Counted from the stretch's first letter, positions 33,932 to 47,954 are shown. The stretch is DNA of 64,000 nucleotides from Balamuthia mandrillaris (GCA_031835245.2 JAVKOQ020000076.1:1-64000); one strand, 5' to 3'. A program made the numbers and translations. The notes: generated from the letters alone by a model not told the origin.

Positions 33932-35794
33932 TTAGGCAGTGGAAGTTTCAGGCCTCTTCCTGGTTCTGGTGGTGGTAGGAGCCTTTTTCGCTGGCGCTTC
34001 CGCTTGTTGTTGCTGTTGCGGCTGAGGAGCAGAAGGAGCACGGCTGCTGCGAGCTTTAAGGATGGACTCTAACTTTTCAACCTCTTTCAGTCCTTTGTTG
34101 GCAATCTATATGAGAGAGACGAGAAATGGTTGGTGAGACATGTATTGTTGACGCAAAAGAAGAGAAAGAGAGCACGAGGGAAAGAGGAACAGAAGAGATG
34201 AGATAAGAAGCACAAACCTCAGAGCATTGCATCTCCATGGCCTCATAGGTGTCGAAGCAAGTACGAGTGCTGGAGTGCTTCCTGCAACTGTCCATTCTGT
34301 TCAAATAGCGCACCCAACAGGTCTCCGCCTGCAACGCAAAGTCACTCGCTCTCTTCAATGCCTGACAAGAAGTCTCCAGGTTGGTCACAGCCGCCTTTTG
34401 GTCGTTCTGTTGAAGGTCCAAAAACAGGAGACAGGGAGCATAACGACTGATGCTGTTTTCTCTGTTGGAGAGCAGGCCGCGAATGGTGCCAAGTTGATAC
34501 TTGTTGTCGCCTCCTTCCTTCTGCAAAGCGGCCAAGCGCTTCTGTTGCTTCTTATGCTCCTTGCGCTCTTGCTTCTCGAGCTTTTCCTTGGCGGAGAGCT
34601 CCGTCTTCTCCTTCTTGCCAGCGTACTTGGCTTCCTTGTGTTGTTGCTTGGCCAAGTACTTCTCTTTCTTTTTCTGCTTCCTCAATTCATCTTCGTCAAC
34701 TTCTTCACCCTTCTTCGAGTCCTTCTCTTTCTTATCCTTCTTGTGCTTCTTGTCCTTCTTATCCTTTTTGTCCTTCTTATCCTTCTTGTCCTTCTTATCT
34801 TTTTTATCCTTTTTGTCTTTCTTGTGCTTATCTTTCTTATCATTGTTGTCCTTCTTATCATGTTTGTCTTTCTTGTCGTGTTTGTCCTTCTTTTCTTTGT
34901 CGTGTTGCTCCTTTTTCTCTTCCTTGGCGTCGGCAACGCCCACGCCGAGTCCTTTCTTCTTTAAGGCCTTTTGCTCCTTTTCCTGTCCTTTAAGTTCCTT
35001 CTGCTTGTACTTTTCCTCCAGTTCGGTGGCCTTGGCCTCCAATTTTTTGGTTCTCTCTTCCAACTTCACGTCATAACGAGCCACTGTTTTGAAAAACAAG
35101 AAAGGTGGAAGGTAAGAGAGATAGAAAAAAAAAGGTTTAGTGTTGATAAAGCGAGAAAGAAGAAGAAGAAGAAGAACAAGAAGAAGAAGAAGAACAAGAA
35201 GAAGAAGAAGAACAAGAAGAAGAAGAAGAACAAGAAGAAGAAGAAGAACAAGAAGAAGAAGAACAAGAAGAAGAAGAAGAAGAAGAAGAAGAAGAAGAAG
35301 AAGAAGAAGAAGAAGAACAAGAAGAAGAACAAGAAGGAAGAAAGAAAAAGGGAGGGGGAGCCTACGTCTATCCAAGCGCTTCTTCTCAGTACGTTCAACA
35401 AAGAAAGCTATGATGTGTTCGTGCGGTTGTGTCAGAGAGAAGAGGACAGAGAACAGAGATCAAAAGTCAGAAGGAGAGAAGAGGGGAGAAGAGAAGAGAA
35501 AAAGAGAGAACAAGTGAAGAGAGAGACGCAAAGAGAAAAGGGGGGGGGAGAGAGGACGAGCGAAGAGAGAACGAGGGAGAAGCAAAGCAAAGCAAAAATG
35601 TAACCTTCTTTGGGGACCATAAGGCCAGAGGAGTTGGAGACCATGTTAGAGAGCTGAAGGCAGGTGGCCCGCAGGTTGTCCAGCTGCTTGCCGCTGAAGC
35701 ACTTGCCGATGCACTCGTTGAAGAGGGCCTCGGTCTCGGGCGTAATGGGAGTGGTCACCCTCAGGGTTGGTGGTTGCTGTTGTTCTTGGCTCAT
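33932..35794 (-). CDS. Hypothetical protein with central (KKD)n repeat and Cys-containing termini, 4 exons
   Basis: Exons join in frame via GT-AG sites (MSQEQQQPPTLRV...VPKE/AFFVERTEKKRLDR/LARYDVK...MQCSE/IANKGLKE...TSTA*); coding-like codon use. Confidence 0.7.
35155..35340. repeat. (AAG/AAC)n intronic microsatellite
   Basis: Direct inspection. Confidence 0.95.
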
Positions 35795-35976
35795 CTCGTG
35801 GATAGTGGCAATTGGTAACTGGTTTTGTTTTGTTTTGTTTTTTTTTTTTGGGGAGTGTGAAAAAAAATCAAAAAAAAAATAATAAAATGAAAAACAAAAA
35901 TCAAAAATCAAAAAAAGAATGGTTCGATCAAAAACAAATCAAAGACAAAAAAAAACAATAACAATCTTTACAAAAC

Positions 35977-36034
<58 letters not shown>

Positions 36035-36589
36035 TTGCAACCAGCGTAACTCTTACCTTGTCGAGTTTGTCTCTGAAGAAGGAATGAAGGAATCGAATGT
36101 TTGTCGAAAAGTTGAAAACAAAAATATAAAGAGAAAAAAAACAGTTTTTCCATTTTCTTTTTGAATTATCCTTTTTCGGGAGTTTGTTGTCGACAAATTT
36201 CTAAAAATGGTATTCGTGGAATGAAGCAACCAATGAAAATTGCGGACCACGTCATATCGTTTGGAATTGAAAATTCGCTGCAAAGCTACGGAAAACATTC
36301 CTGTCGACACAATTGTGTCCCCATAGCAACGTATAGTTGTGCTCATTGTGAGCAGCAAATGACCACCATTGCAACGGTGATGATCTCCATGACAACCTAT
36401 TATTCAGGCATTCTCGAATAAAGGCAAAAGTTGTCCAAAGCGACTCTGGTTTAGGCAGGCCCGCAACGAGGTAAAATCACCTCCTCCATGTCCTCCTTTC
36501 TTATTCCCGACAAGAAAGAAAAGAAAAAAGCAACGAGCAACAACATATCAACGAAGAAGAAGAAAAAGTAGTCGGCAGACCAAAGCAGC

Positions 36590-36620
<31 letters not shown>

Positions 36621-36850
36621 TTTCCTCCTTGCTAAAACACCAAGAGAGAGAGAGAAAGTTCTCCCCCATTGTAAGAAAAAAAAAACAGATTTCAAAGGAG
36701 TTTCCCTCCACTCCTTTTTTTTTTTAATTGTTTTGGAGATTCCAGCGGAGCGCGGACGCTCAACCCGGAAGAAAGACGGCGTGGAAGGCAAAGAAAACAA
36801 ACGAATAACAAACCGTCTGCTTGCTGTTCCCTTGGTTTGCTTTCCTCCTT

Positions 36851-36893
<43 letters not shown>

Positions 36894-37143
36894 AATTTTA
36901 AATCGCCTCTCTACATTTTTTTCTTCGTTGGTTGAAATTTTTTAATTTTATTGGGCATTTCTCTCTCTTTCTCTCTCTCGCCGTCAACTCCACAGGGAAG
37001 CTCCGTCGAAAGTCTGACGAAAAGGAAGGAAAGGCGTGGAGGGGGGGGGGAGGAGAGACATTCCTTCTATTCTTCCTTCTCAATTGTACAGTTTGAAGTT
37101 TGGTTGTTAACAACAACGACAGCAACAACAACATCGACAGCGG

Positions 37144-37477
37144 ATGGAGGTCAAGGAAACAAAACGTTGGATGAACGGCGGCGATGATGACAACCACCAC
37201 CACCAAGAGCAAGAAGCATTTGAAGAAGGAGCAGAAGACGCAGGAGAAGGCACGACGAAGCCTCGACTTCAACAGCAGGAGGAAAGAGAGGAGGAGGACG
37301 ACATGTCGGCCGAAGAAGAGGAGGTGAATGGGGACGACGAAACGGAGGAAGAGGTGTCCACCTGTCCATGGCTGCATTGTTTCAGCGTTGTACAGTTTGA
37401 CCTGGAGTACGGCCAAAGTATGCTTCTCTCTGCTATTATATTCTCTCTTCTCTCTTCATCCTCGTTTCTCTGTCCTC

Positions 37478-37523
<46 letters not shown>

Positions 37524-40202
37524 ACTTTGATGACATTTATAATTTAATGCTCTTTCTTTTCTTTCCCTTTCTTGCGTTCTTTTCTTTTGTTCTTCTTCTT
37601 CTTTTTGGAAAGCTTTGGAGCAAACCTATCCTAAAAACGCTGTACTCTCGAAAGAAGAAACCGGCAACATGTACTCCTTCTCTCTTCGTTAACTTTGCCA
37701 TTTTCATTTTAGCTCTCTCCGGTTTTTCTCTTTCTCTTGCTGATGTTTCTTCGTTTTTCTAGTTGCTTTTTAGCTTTTCCAGACTCGAACTCTCATGTAA
37801 GCGGAGATACTGTATTTACTTTCAAGATAAGGGCTGGTCCAAAGGAAGTCAAACAGTTTCTCTACGGTTTTGTATTCTTTAGACAGAAGAAAGATCCTAG
37901 TTTGGCCAGAGGTTACCTCCAGGTTTGTTTTCTCCCCTGCTCTTCTCTATCATTCTGCAAGCGTGTATTGCAATACCCAAACTTTAATGGTTGACTTTGT
38001 CGTTTGTTACAACTAGAAATCAGTGGTATTGCTTACGAGGCACCCATATGTTGCATTGATGAAGAAAGTTGTACAAATTGTAGGGCCTCTGTTCTTCCAA
38101 CACGGCCCTACGCTCCTGGAAGCAGCCTATCGTAATATGCTTGCCTGGTATCTACAGCATTACCCTCCTCTTCTTTGCTCTCCTTTCCTCTTTGCCTCTA
38201 TTCTCCTTTCGAAACCCGCTTTCTTCTTTATCCTTCTTACCTTTATCATCTCAATTGCAGGCCATCACCCGTTCCAGGAACAACCTACGAGCTTCCAGTT
38301 CTCGGCTCTGTTCTCACCTTCCACATCCCTTACTCCCCTTCTTTACATTTGGTAGATGACACTTCCTCTTTGCTGCTTTGCAACGGCAGCAGCAACGGTC
38401 ATTTCAACCCTGCTCCTCAGCTTAGCACAGAACAAATGGTCAGCAACCTGCAAGCCATCAACCTCTACTCCTGTTTCCGGCAGCTGACCACTCGGCTGTG
38501 GTTGCTGTGGGAGTTAGTGCTTACCAATGAGCCTATTTTAGTGGTCTCTCCTTCGCCTGCTCAGTGCAGCGATGCTGTTTTAGCGTTGGTTAGCTTGGTA
38601 TCACCTGTAAGTTTCTGTTCTTGCTGTCTTTGATTTTTTGCTGCGTGCTGTTTTTGTGATAAGCTTTCTTCTTTCTTTTGTTGCTTCTCTTCATTTTAAC
38701 CGAAAAAATAATAGATCCCATACGCGGGAGACTATCGGCCATACTTCACCATTCACGACAGCGACTTTAAGGACTACACCAGCTGCGATAATCCCGAAGG
38801 AGAATCACGGCCCCTCATTCTCGGAGTGACCAACCCGTTTTTCTGCAAGACGTTGAAGCATTGGCCTCACGTCGTTCACGTTGGCGTTCCTCCTCCTAGG
38901 TTTGTCTTGTTCTTATCATTGCTTGTTGGTCCTATGTTTTTCCTTTCGTTGCTCTTCTTTCTTTTCGCTCTTGTTCTTCTCTTCGTCCTCTTTCTCACAC
39001 TCATTTTTTTTTTAAAAAAAAAAAAAACAGAACCATGACAACACTACACAGCGGAAGCGGTGACAACATCAAGCGCAGCTCCTCTAACAACGCCCTCTCC
39101 TTCCAATACTGGAGCGACCAAGTCTCCCTCCACAAAGTCTACAACTCCAAAATCATCTCTTCGTCCTCTCCATTCTCCTCCTCTTCTCCTTTCTCTTCTT
39201 TTTCTTCCTCTTCCTCTTATCGTCAAACGGTCATCTCGAAAAACAAGGGCCTTTTGCCATTGGACAAGACCGTCATCAAACAGCTCCTAACGGATCGACC
39301 TGATCATAGCGACTTGACGGACGCCATCAATAATGAGCAGCTGAGAAAGCACTTTTTGCGGTTGACAGAGACCTTCTTAGTGCCGTTGGAGCGTTACTTC
39401 ACTTCGTTGCTGCCACTTGCCAAGTAAGTTGCATTTCTCTCTTTCTCTCTCTGTGGCTTTCCTCTTTCTATCTCTTTTCTGATCTGTTTTTTCTCTTTTA
39501 GAACATTATCGTTGTTTCAGGCACCTCCTAGGTTGAAACGGTTCAATCATGCCGAGTTTTTAGCATCTCTCAGCAACAGTACCTTTTCTCCTCTTTTCTC
39601 TTTTCTTTTCTTCTTTATTGGCTTTACTCTTTCTTTCTATCGTCTCTTTCTTTCCCATATTCAACGTTATCTTGTTTAATGCATAGACAAAGCCTTTGTG
39701 ACGGGCAAACTGAGCAAGGATAAAGAACTGTACAAACGTTTTTTGCAGACGCCGAACTTTAGGGCCTGGCTCAAAGCGCGCGCCACCGAGGCACAACAGC
39801 AGCTGCGGCTGATCTACCTCAAGAAGCTTTACGAGGCGGACATACCGGCCTTGATCCAGGGCAAGACGGACATTGAGCTCATCGACTTGTACCTTCGGAT
39901 GCGCGATCAAATGGTCTTTCTTTCTTTCTCGTCGTTTCTTTCTCGTCGTTTCTTTCTTTCTGTCTCTCTTTCTTGTCGTTTCTTTCTTTCTTTCTCAAGG
40001 AAAAAAAAAAAACTTCATACTGACTTCATGTGCGTTAACACAGACGGTACAAAGGAAAGGCTCGTTGCTGTGCAATCGATTGAAGGAACATTTGGAGAAC
40101 TTGATGGCGTCTTTGCCGAAGGACCTGCGCAACTCCATTTTGGAGAACATGAGCACCTCTGCCTCCGCCGCTCCCGCTTCTCAACAAACGAGAAGCAGCT
40201 GA
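37144..40202 (+). CDS. DENND6: DENN domain-containing protein 6 (FAM116)-like Rab GEF, multi-exon
   Basis: [29 protein letters not shown]...[67 protein letters not shown]. Confidence 0.9.
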
Positions 40203-40628
40203 CGCTTGGGGAGAGCAAAAAAAAGGCTGCTTTTTGGTTGCTGCTGCTGTTAGCTTGTACAAAAAGTTCGTTTCCAGTTATTTTATTGTTGATAATTGTC
40301 TACAAAATATACAAATAAGGAAAACAAATAAGATAAAATTGAAAAAATCGATCCATTTTTGATAACTTTCAGTTAATAATTGTCTACAAGAACGAAAATA
40401 TCAAACTTGTGATTCGAATTTTTAGAAAAATTGTCCACAAAATATTCAAATAAGGTTAAAAATGAATAAGTATCGGCATGAATTTCTTGGCAGGTTTATC
40501 CTTCAAAAAATACCGCAAAAGAAAAAGAGTGGTCCACAAAGAAGAACTCTCTTCCAGATTAAAAGGCACTTTTCCCTCTCTCCCTCCCCCTTTCCTCTTC
40601 TCATCTCTTCTTTGCTCATTCGTTTATT

Positions 40629-40684
<56 letters not shown>

Positions 40685-40712
40685 AGTTAGAAAAGAAGAG
40701 GCAGAAACAAAA

Positions 40713-42826
40713 ATGGAAGAAATAGAAGCGGCTGCCGTGCTGAGATCGAGTTTGAAAGAGCTGGAAGAGATTCACGATCTGCTGGACAGCTTCCAGCAGA
40801 CGAGGGACAAACAGCACTTGGCCCAGGTTTCCTTCAAGATGAAGCAGATGTTGCCCCAGATCAAAGAGATGTCACTGAAACCGTATGTTGTTTTTTGTAT
40901 CACTGCATTTTTCTTTTTTTTTCTTTTGTTTATTCGTTTGCTCATCTTTCGCTGTTCTATTTTCCTTTTTCTTTGTTCTTTTCTTTTTCTTTTTCTTTTT
41001 TCTTTTTTCTTTTTTCTTTTTTCTTTTTTCTTTTTTCTTTTTCTTTTTCTTTTTTCTTTTTCTTTTTCTTTTTTCTTTTTTCTTTTTTCTTTTTTCTTTT
41101 TTCTTTTTCTTTTTCTTTTTTTCTTTTTCTTTTCCTTCTCATTTCTCGCTTTTTTTTAAAAATAACAAACGGCACAACAGAGAGTACAAAACACCTGCCA
41201 ATGCTCCTCTCTTGGTTCAACTCAGTAATGGTATGAAGGAAGCTGTCACTAGAACCAAACAATTAGGCGCTTACGCTTCATCTTCTTCTCTTTCCACTTC
41301 TCCTCCCGCTTCTGCTCCTTCGCCTTCTTCTGCCGACGACTTATCCTCTCCCTCTGCTCGAAAGGACTCGTTCAACTCTCTTCCACAACAACTAGAAGCG
41401 GAGAGCAGCAAGAACAGTAATACTGACATTCCTCTTAGCACTTCTCCATCCTCTGGAGGCGGACCACAGAAACCACATCCACCGCTAAGCGGCTATCTCA
41501 ACAAGTTGGGCGAGAAAGGGCTCATAAAGTCCTGGAAGAAACGATGGTTCACCCAGAAGGAGAATCGACTCTATTACTTCTCCTCCGAGACAGACAAAAC
41601 GCCCAACGGGTTCATTGATCTCGCCAAAGCTCTCGACTTTGTGGATCTTAACGACGATGTCGCGAAAGGCAGCAAAGAAGAAGCTTTTGACATTGTCTGT
41701 TCGGATCGAACGTTTCATTTACAGGGTTTAGCCCCTGGCTCTGCGCGTCGTTGGGTGAGAGAATTAAAGGCCTGGCGTCTGTGGTACGATTGGAAGGCTT
41801 CGCATCCGTCGACGGCTCGTTCGGCGCCGGCTCCAGTGATACGTAAGGGAAGCGCTTATTATGCCTCTACTTCTGCTGCATCCTCTCCTTCTTCTGGTTT
41901 GGCTACTTCTCCAACTTCGACACCTACTCATCGGTCTTCTCCTCTCCAACAACTACAAAAAGTACCAAGTTCTTCGCCTCAACAAGAACAAGGACAACAA
42001 GAAAAACAACGAAAGGAAAGCTCAACATCTCTTCCTGCTCCTAGCTTTTCTGTTCCTGTAACACAACAGACTTCATCTACTACAACAGATAAGAAAGAAG
42101 AACAAGAGAAGGAAATGACAGAAGAAAAGACAACAAATAAAGAAAGAGAATACATCACAGATGCAGAGGAAGAAAAAGCAAAGGGAGAAGAAGAGCGACA
42201 AATAACGATTGAAACCGAACAGAGGACAAATGAGGAGAAACCAGGCAACAGTACTTCTGCTTCTCTTCCTGAACAACAAAACGGGTTGAAAGACAGCGAC
42301 AAAGAACAACAAAAGGAAGAAAGAGAAGCAAGAAGAAAGAGCTCTCTCCTCGTTGTTCCTAAAGAAAAAGAACAAACTTTCGCGAAACAAAACGAAATCG
42401 CAAACAACAGTAACGAAGTGAACGAACTAGCACACAAAGTGGCCGCTCTCGAAGCTCTTTTAAGACGCAAAGAAGAAGATTACGACTTTCTCAAGGAGAA
42501 GCATCGTCGCACGAAAGAGGAACTCACCATCAAAGAGGAACAAGTGGAAGGCCTTTTGGACGATCTCAACTTGGCTCGCAGAGAAGTGCAGGCAAAACAC
42601 GAACAAATCACCTCATTACGAAACAGCAGCAGCAACAACAAAGAAGATGATCAACAAAACGACGTTTATGGCGCGATGTCGAGGGAGAAGAAATCGAATG
42701 GAAATCTGTCTTCTTCCTCTGCTGCGCAGCAGATACAACGGTTGGAGGAGGAGATCTCACAATTGCAGCAAGCTAGCCATGCTCATCAAACTCAAAACGC
42801 TTTTCTTTCCTCTGAAGTAACTTTCT

Positions 42827-42857
<31 letters not shown>

Positions 42858-43252
42858 CTCTTACTCTTTTTCATTCTTTTCTCTAGTTGAAACGATTGGA
42901 AAGAGAACACGAGATAGTGGTAACCACAAAGACCCAAACATTAGCCAAAGTCCAAAAAGAACTGGACGAGGTGCGCAAACAATACCAACAGCTTCGGCAA
43001 CACGCCCTTCTGGGCACTTCTCCTCAGCCTTCCTCCTCCGCTTCCTCTTCTTCCGTGTTAGAAGAGAAAGAAGAGATGATAGAGGAACTGAAAAGGAAGT
43101 ACTTCTTCACGTTGGTGCTCGGCATCAAACTGAACCTCTCTTACCTCGGCAGCTCTCCCAAAGAAGTTTGCGCCTCCTCTCTCTACGAGGAAGCGCAATC
43201 CATGCACTATGACAAATGGAACGCATGGGTCTATCAAAAGCTCGCCTCTTGA
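40713..43252 (+). CDS. PH-domain and coiled-coil protein, 3 exons
   Basis: LSGYLNKLGEKGLIKSWKKRWF...RLYYF...PNGFIDL...WVREL; coiled coil with HQTQNAFLSSE; introns ~40884-41180 and ~42817-42886. Confidence 0.8.
40975..41130. repeat. (TTTTTC)n intronic microsatellite
   Basis: Direct inspection. Confidence 0.95.
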
Positions 43253-43320
43253 TTGAATGTAAGAATGAACAAAGACGTTGTGTGTTTTTTTTTTTTTTTT
43301 TTTTTTTTTGCGGGTTTGCT

Positions 43321-46300
43321 TCATTCTTGCACTCGCTGGAAGAAGTAAAGATAGCCCATGCTCTTTGGGGGATCATCCGAGATGCTCACCTTGCGGTCGT
43401 TGAAGTGGATCCACTGGCCCTCTTTCTTGATGTGGCAGACGTAATGGCCCGTCATGGTGCTGCTGCCCATGTGACTTATGAAGCCCAACAATCGATATTC
43501 TATTGGGTTGAGAGAGAAAAAAAAACGAGTTAGGAAGAAGAGGAGAAGTAAAAGCAAAAAACAATAACACATACTGGAAGAGCCATCGCGCAGGGTGGAA
43601 GAAGGGCGGTTCTCGCTTTGAGAAGCAGAGGAGGTCGTGGTGGCGGCATCCTCCTCCAACGACATCGAGTCCAGCTCGTGCGCATGACTGAATATCCAAT
43701 CCGCCGCTCGTTCTATATTGTTATCCTTTATTTTTCTCTCAAAGTCAGTTTCCAAAAAGAAGAAAGAAAGAAAGCAAAAGAAAAGATAAACTTACGGTGG
43801 CTTTGAGGGCTTTAAGAGCTTGCTCCCTTGTGAATCCCATCGCGGACAACATCTCCACGTGCTCCTCATCCACTCCTCCACCTGCTCCTCCGGCTGTGGA
43901 AGCTTTCGGGGTGTCAGGAATAGGGTCATCAATGGTTGGATCGTCCATGTGCTCAAAGAGCCACTGGGTGGCGGCTTCCGCCCCTGAGTTGTTCGTGTTG
44001 ATGACAGCTTTGCGGCAACGCACTTCAGGGAAGCCCATCGAGCAAAGTTGCGCGACGACGCTTTCGTCGATGGAAGGAGCAGCCGCAGCAGATGGAGCAG
44101 AAACGGAGGAAGAGGAAGCAGAATCTTCAGGAAGCGATTCTTCGCCGGATTGGAGGCCTTTGCCGCGGAGTGGAGAGAGATCAATTTCGTCGGGCACTTC
44201 CACAAAGACATCTGTTTGTTCGTTTTGTGTAAGAAGAAAGCAAACAAGGAGAATAGGAAGCGAGAAAATAAAGAAGAAACGGACCAAGTTTCTTAGGGAC
44301 CCATCCATCTCCAATGACGAACTTTCTCATGTGCAACACCAACACATCCGGGAAAGTTGCCAATTTTGTTGTCCTGTTTTTTTATTTTTCTCGTATTAGT
44401 CAAAAGTACTAAACGAACAGGGGGAGAGAGGAGAGAGGAGAGAGGAGAGAGGGAGAGAGAGAGAGAGAGAGAGGAGAAACAAACTTGATAGCGTCGGTCC
44501 TGGCGTTGATGGCGGTGCTGTAAAAGCCATGGACAAGCTCTGGCGCTGTAGCCTCCTCCAGGCAAGCTTCAAGCGGCACCTTCGGTCTCACGATCTCTTC
44601 TCCTTTCGGCCTGTTTTGGTTTTGTTTCGATTAATTTGTGGATGCAATGAGAAAAAGAGAAAGATGGAATAGACAAATAAAAAGAGGAAAGTTCACAAAG
44701 AGTACGTACAATTTTTCTCCTTCTTTGAGACTCTTTCGCTTCTCTTCAAATGCCTCCCATTCCGCTGTTCAAACACAAGACAAAAGTAATGTTAAAGAAA
44801 GCAGGAGGGCAAACAAGGAGAAGACAAGAATACCTTTGTTTGTCATTTTATCCAAAGGAATCGGCAAAGAAAGCACGTTGTCATCTCGATACGTGTATTT
44901 CACCTTATGCGACTGGCTGCACTCGATGCGCTCCTCCACCGAAAACTTGAAAGCCAGGGAAGGGTCAAACTTGTGCTCACCTTTGTAGGCTCTCTCCCTC
45001 TGCTCCACCATTTGAATGAGGTGTTGGTAGAATTCGAGAGCGTCTTGCTGTCTCATCGTGCTGAACTCAGGGTGTCCTTTGCCAACAAGCGACTTGAACA
45101 TGCGTGGACGGATGCCTTGTTGTTGTCCTTCCTAATTTGTTTTGTTTGTTTAGAAGCAAGCGATGAAGAAGAAAAAAGAAAAAAAAAACTAACAATGTCA
45201 TTTGTTTTAGGCCCTCCTTGCATCTGCTTGGTGGCTTCTTCCTCTTCGGTGGCCGCCTCCTTTGCTTCTTCCTTTGGAATGGAATACTTGCCAGATAGAA
45301 GACCATCGGCTAATTTGGCCCTGGGGATATCATTTAGCCAAAGGAGTGTCAAAAGGAAGAACAATAACATGAAATTGTAAAATATAAACGCACATTTGGA
45401 CGTGGAAATCTTGGCTGGGATCAGCGTTTGGTTGGTTGTAGATCTCTTGCAAGTAGTCAAAGTATCTTTGTAAGATTAAAGTTAGAAAAGAGAAAGAAGA
45501 AGAAGAAAATGAAAGAAAAGAGCAGGTACCTCTTTTGAAAGTCGGGAACAGAGAAGAGCAATTGAAGCACAGATGACATGTAACAACTGTTTGTTAACGT
45601 TAAAAGGTTAACACGGTGGTTCGTTCGAAAAAGAAAGAGAATGAAAAACACATAACAAGAAGAAACAAACCTGTTGCCAAGATTCTGGATGCCAGTGTAA
45701 CCAGGGCCGTAAATGGGGCGCACCTCCTTGCCTTGTTCTTGAAGTCGCTCCCAATCGAAGCTTTGCTGCAAATCTAGCTCTAATTCTGCCATCGTTTTCT
45801 CCGTCTATTTAAACGGAACTCAAAGGTGAGAAAGAGAAAGAGAAAAGAACTTTTGGGCGATAAGGAGAGAAAATGCGAGACAAACCTTTTTCATGCTGGC
45901 CATATCGATTCCAAAATGGAGCAAGTGCTGTGCCAACCAAGGGTCCTTCACCATGTCGTTCTCCGCATAGGAATAGACATCAGCCTCTCCTTGAGGAGTG
46001 ATGGTAGCCAGCTTAACGCACAGCGGGAAGCCGGTCTCTTCAAAGTGCTCCAAGGCATGAGAGTTGCCACCAGAGCCATCCCACTGACGACGTCCACAAA
46101 GGATCTGTCCGTCGGTCAAGTTCAGCCAGAGATTCTCTTGCAGGTCGCAGCGCTGGCACTTCCAGCCAGAGGGCGGCACGCGTACACCATTGTCCAGTTG
46201 CTTCAGGTCCTCTGCGTATTTGCTCACCTTGACCTCCTCCTCCATTTGCCAGGAGGCCACCTCCTCGCTCTTGGTGGCAGAGTCAGCGCTGAGGATGGAG

Positions 46301-46934
46301 GCGATGGACTGTTGGACTTTGTCCGGGAGGGAGGGCTCGGGCAGAGGGATCTCGATAAAGTCGGGGAGGACGACCAGCGTGGCCAGCTCCTTGTAAATGG
46401 GGCGATGGCTGGGGCTGTCAAAGCCGCCCTCCACGCCGACGCCGAGCACGGTGGGCTTCTTCTTGGGAGGCTGTTGGGCTTCCTCCTCTTCCTGCTCTTG
46501 TCGTTGTTTCATTGCCTCCTGTTTGTTTTTGGGTGAGGGATGGAAAGGGAGAAAGCTGAAGAAGAAGCTGAAGAAACGAAAGAGGAGAGAGAGAGAGAGA
46601 GCGAGAGCGAGAGAGAAATGGTTTTACCTCATCCAAAACTCGTTTGATGTTAAGGTAGAGCGTGTGGCCTGTTTTCTGGTGGTCAAAGAGGGCATTCTCT
46701 CGGCTGAACGCCAAGAAGCTGTTCAAAGAAATGTACAATCCGTCCTCAGCGTTCTCCTGCACACAAAAATGACACACGCACGCACAAAAGAGAGTCATCT
46801 CACCGTCACTCGGAAAAAAAAAAAAACAAGCGACGTACCAAGGTAGCAAACGAATAGACGCACTCGTCTTTCACCACACGCGTAGAACCACTCGCTATGC
46901 GCACCTCATCCAAAGCAGCCGCTACTCCCTCCAT
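43321..46934 (-). CDS. USP5: Ubiquitin C-terminal hydrolase 5/13 (isopeptidase T, UBP14), multi-exon
   Basis: KDECVYSF, zf-[17 protein letters not shown], Cys box [19 protein letters not shown], two UBA domains (MGF), His box [19 protein letters not shown]. Confidence 0.93.
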
Positions 46935-47371
46935 TTTTTCTTCTTTTTTCAGTTCAAATCTTTTTTTTTTGATGGTCAACAAAAAATCTTCCATTTATTT
47001 TAAGTCGACATGGAAATTTTAGCATTTCCAAGAAAACTTTTAGTCGATCAAACGTGGCAGCGAGGACGGACAACGGTGGTGTCCGGGAAGCTCGAGAACT
47101 GGACAGCGACAGAGACATTAATTGTCCGTCCTATTTCCAACGGCCGATTGAATCTTACACGTCGACAAAGCGACGCCTCAAAATTCCCGATCATCGGATG
47201 TTATGACTTATAATGGATAATAGATCAGATCATATGACGTGGCATCCCTCAAAAAGGAAGAAGTAAACAAAAAAAGGAAGGAGCAAAACAAAAAAAAAAG
47301 TGACCAAGAAAAAAAAGGAACCGACAAACAACGACACAAGGACACGCTACGGGGACAGCAGAAGAAGAAGA

Positions 47372-47923
47372 ATGCAAAATGGGACGACGACCCCAGAAGC
47401 AGGGGCGGAGAAAACACAACCACAACATGTTGGGAGTGGCATCAGTTTGGAAGATTTTCAAGGTGAGATTATTTAATTTTTTTTTTTTTGCAAAAAAAAA
47501 AAACATGTTCGCTTCCTCGCCACCGAATTATAATTGGAGTGTGGAGATAAGGGCGCGAACGATTTTGGGGGTTCCTTCACTTACTCTTTTTTTTAAAAAA
47601 AAAAATAAACAAGCTCTTCAAACACAGTTGATAGAGATGCGACAGACGCAATATGAAGGCCAAGCCATTCAGAAGAATCAAGCTGCTGGTTTGGATGCCC
47701 TTTCTATTGTTGTTTCTTTCTTCCTGTTCGTCATTTTCTTTCTTGACGTGTCTTCTTGACGTTTTTTCTCCTCTCCCTCTCTCTCTCTCCTCGTTAAAGT
47801 TCTCTCTCTCTCCTCTCTTCTCCCTATTCTCTCCTTCTCTCCTCTTTCTCTCCCTTGCTCTCTCTCTCTCTCTGTCCCTCTCTCGCTCTCTCCTCTTTTC
47901 TCTATTCTCTCTTTCCCTCTTCC

Positions 47924-47954
<31 letters not shown>

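Noticed and set aside
36377..36460. GTGATGA as box C of a snoRNA
   Set aside because: No CTGA box D or terminal stem at a suitable distance
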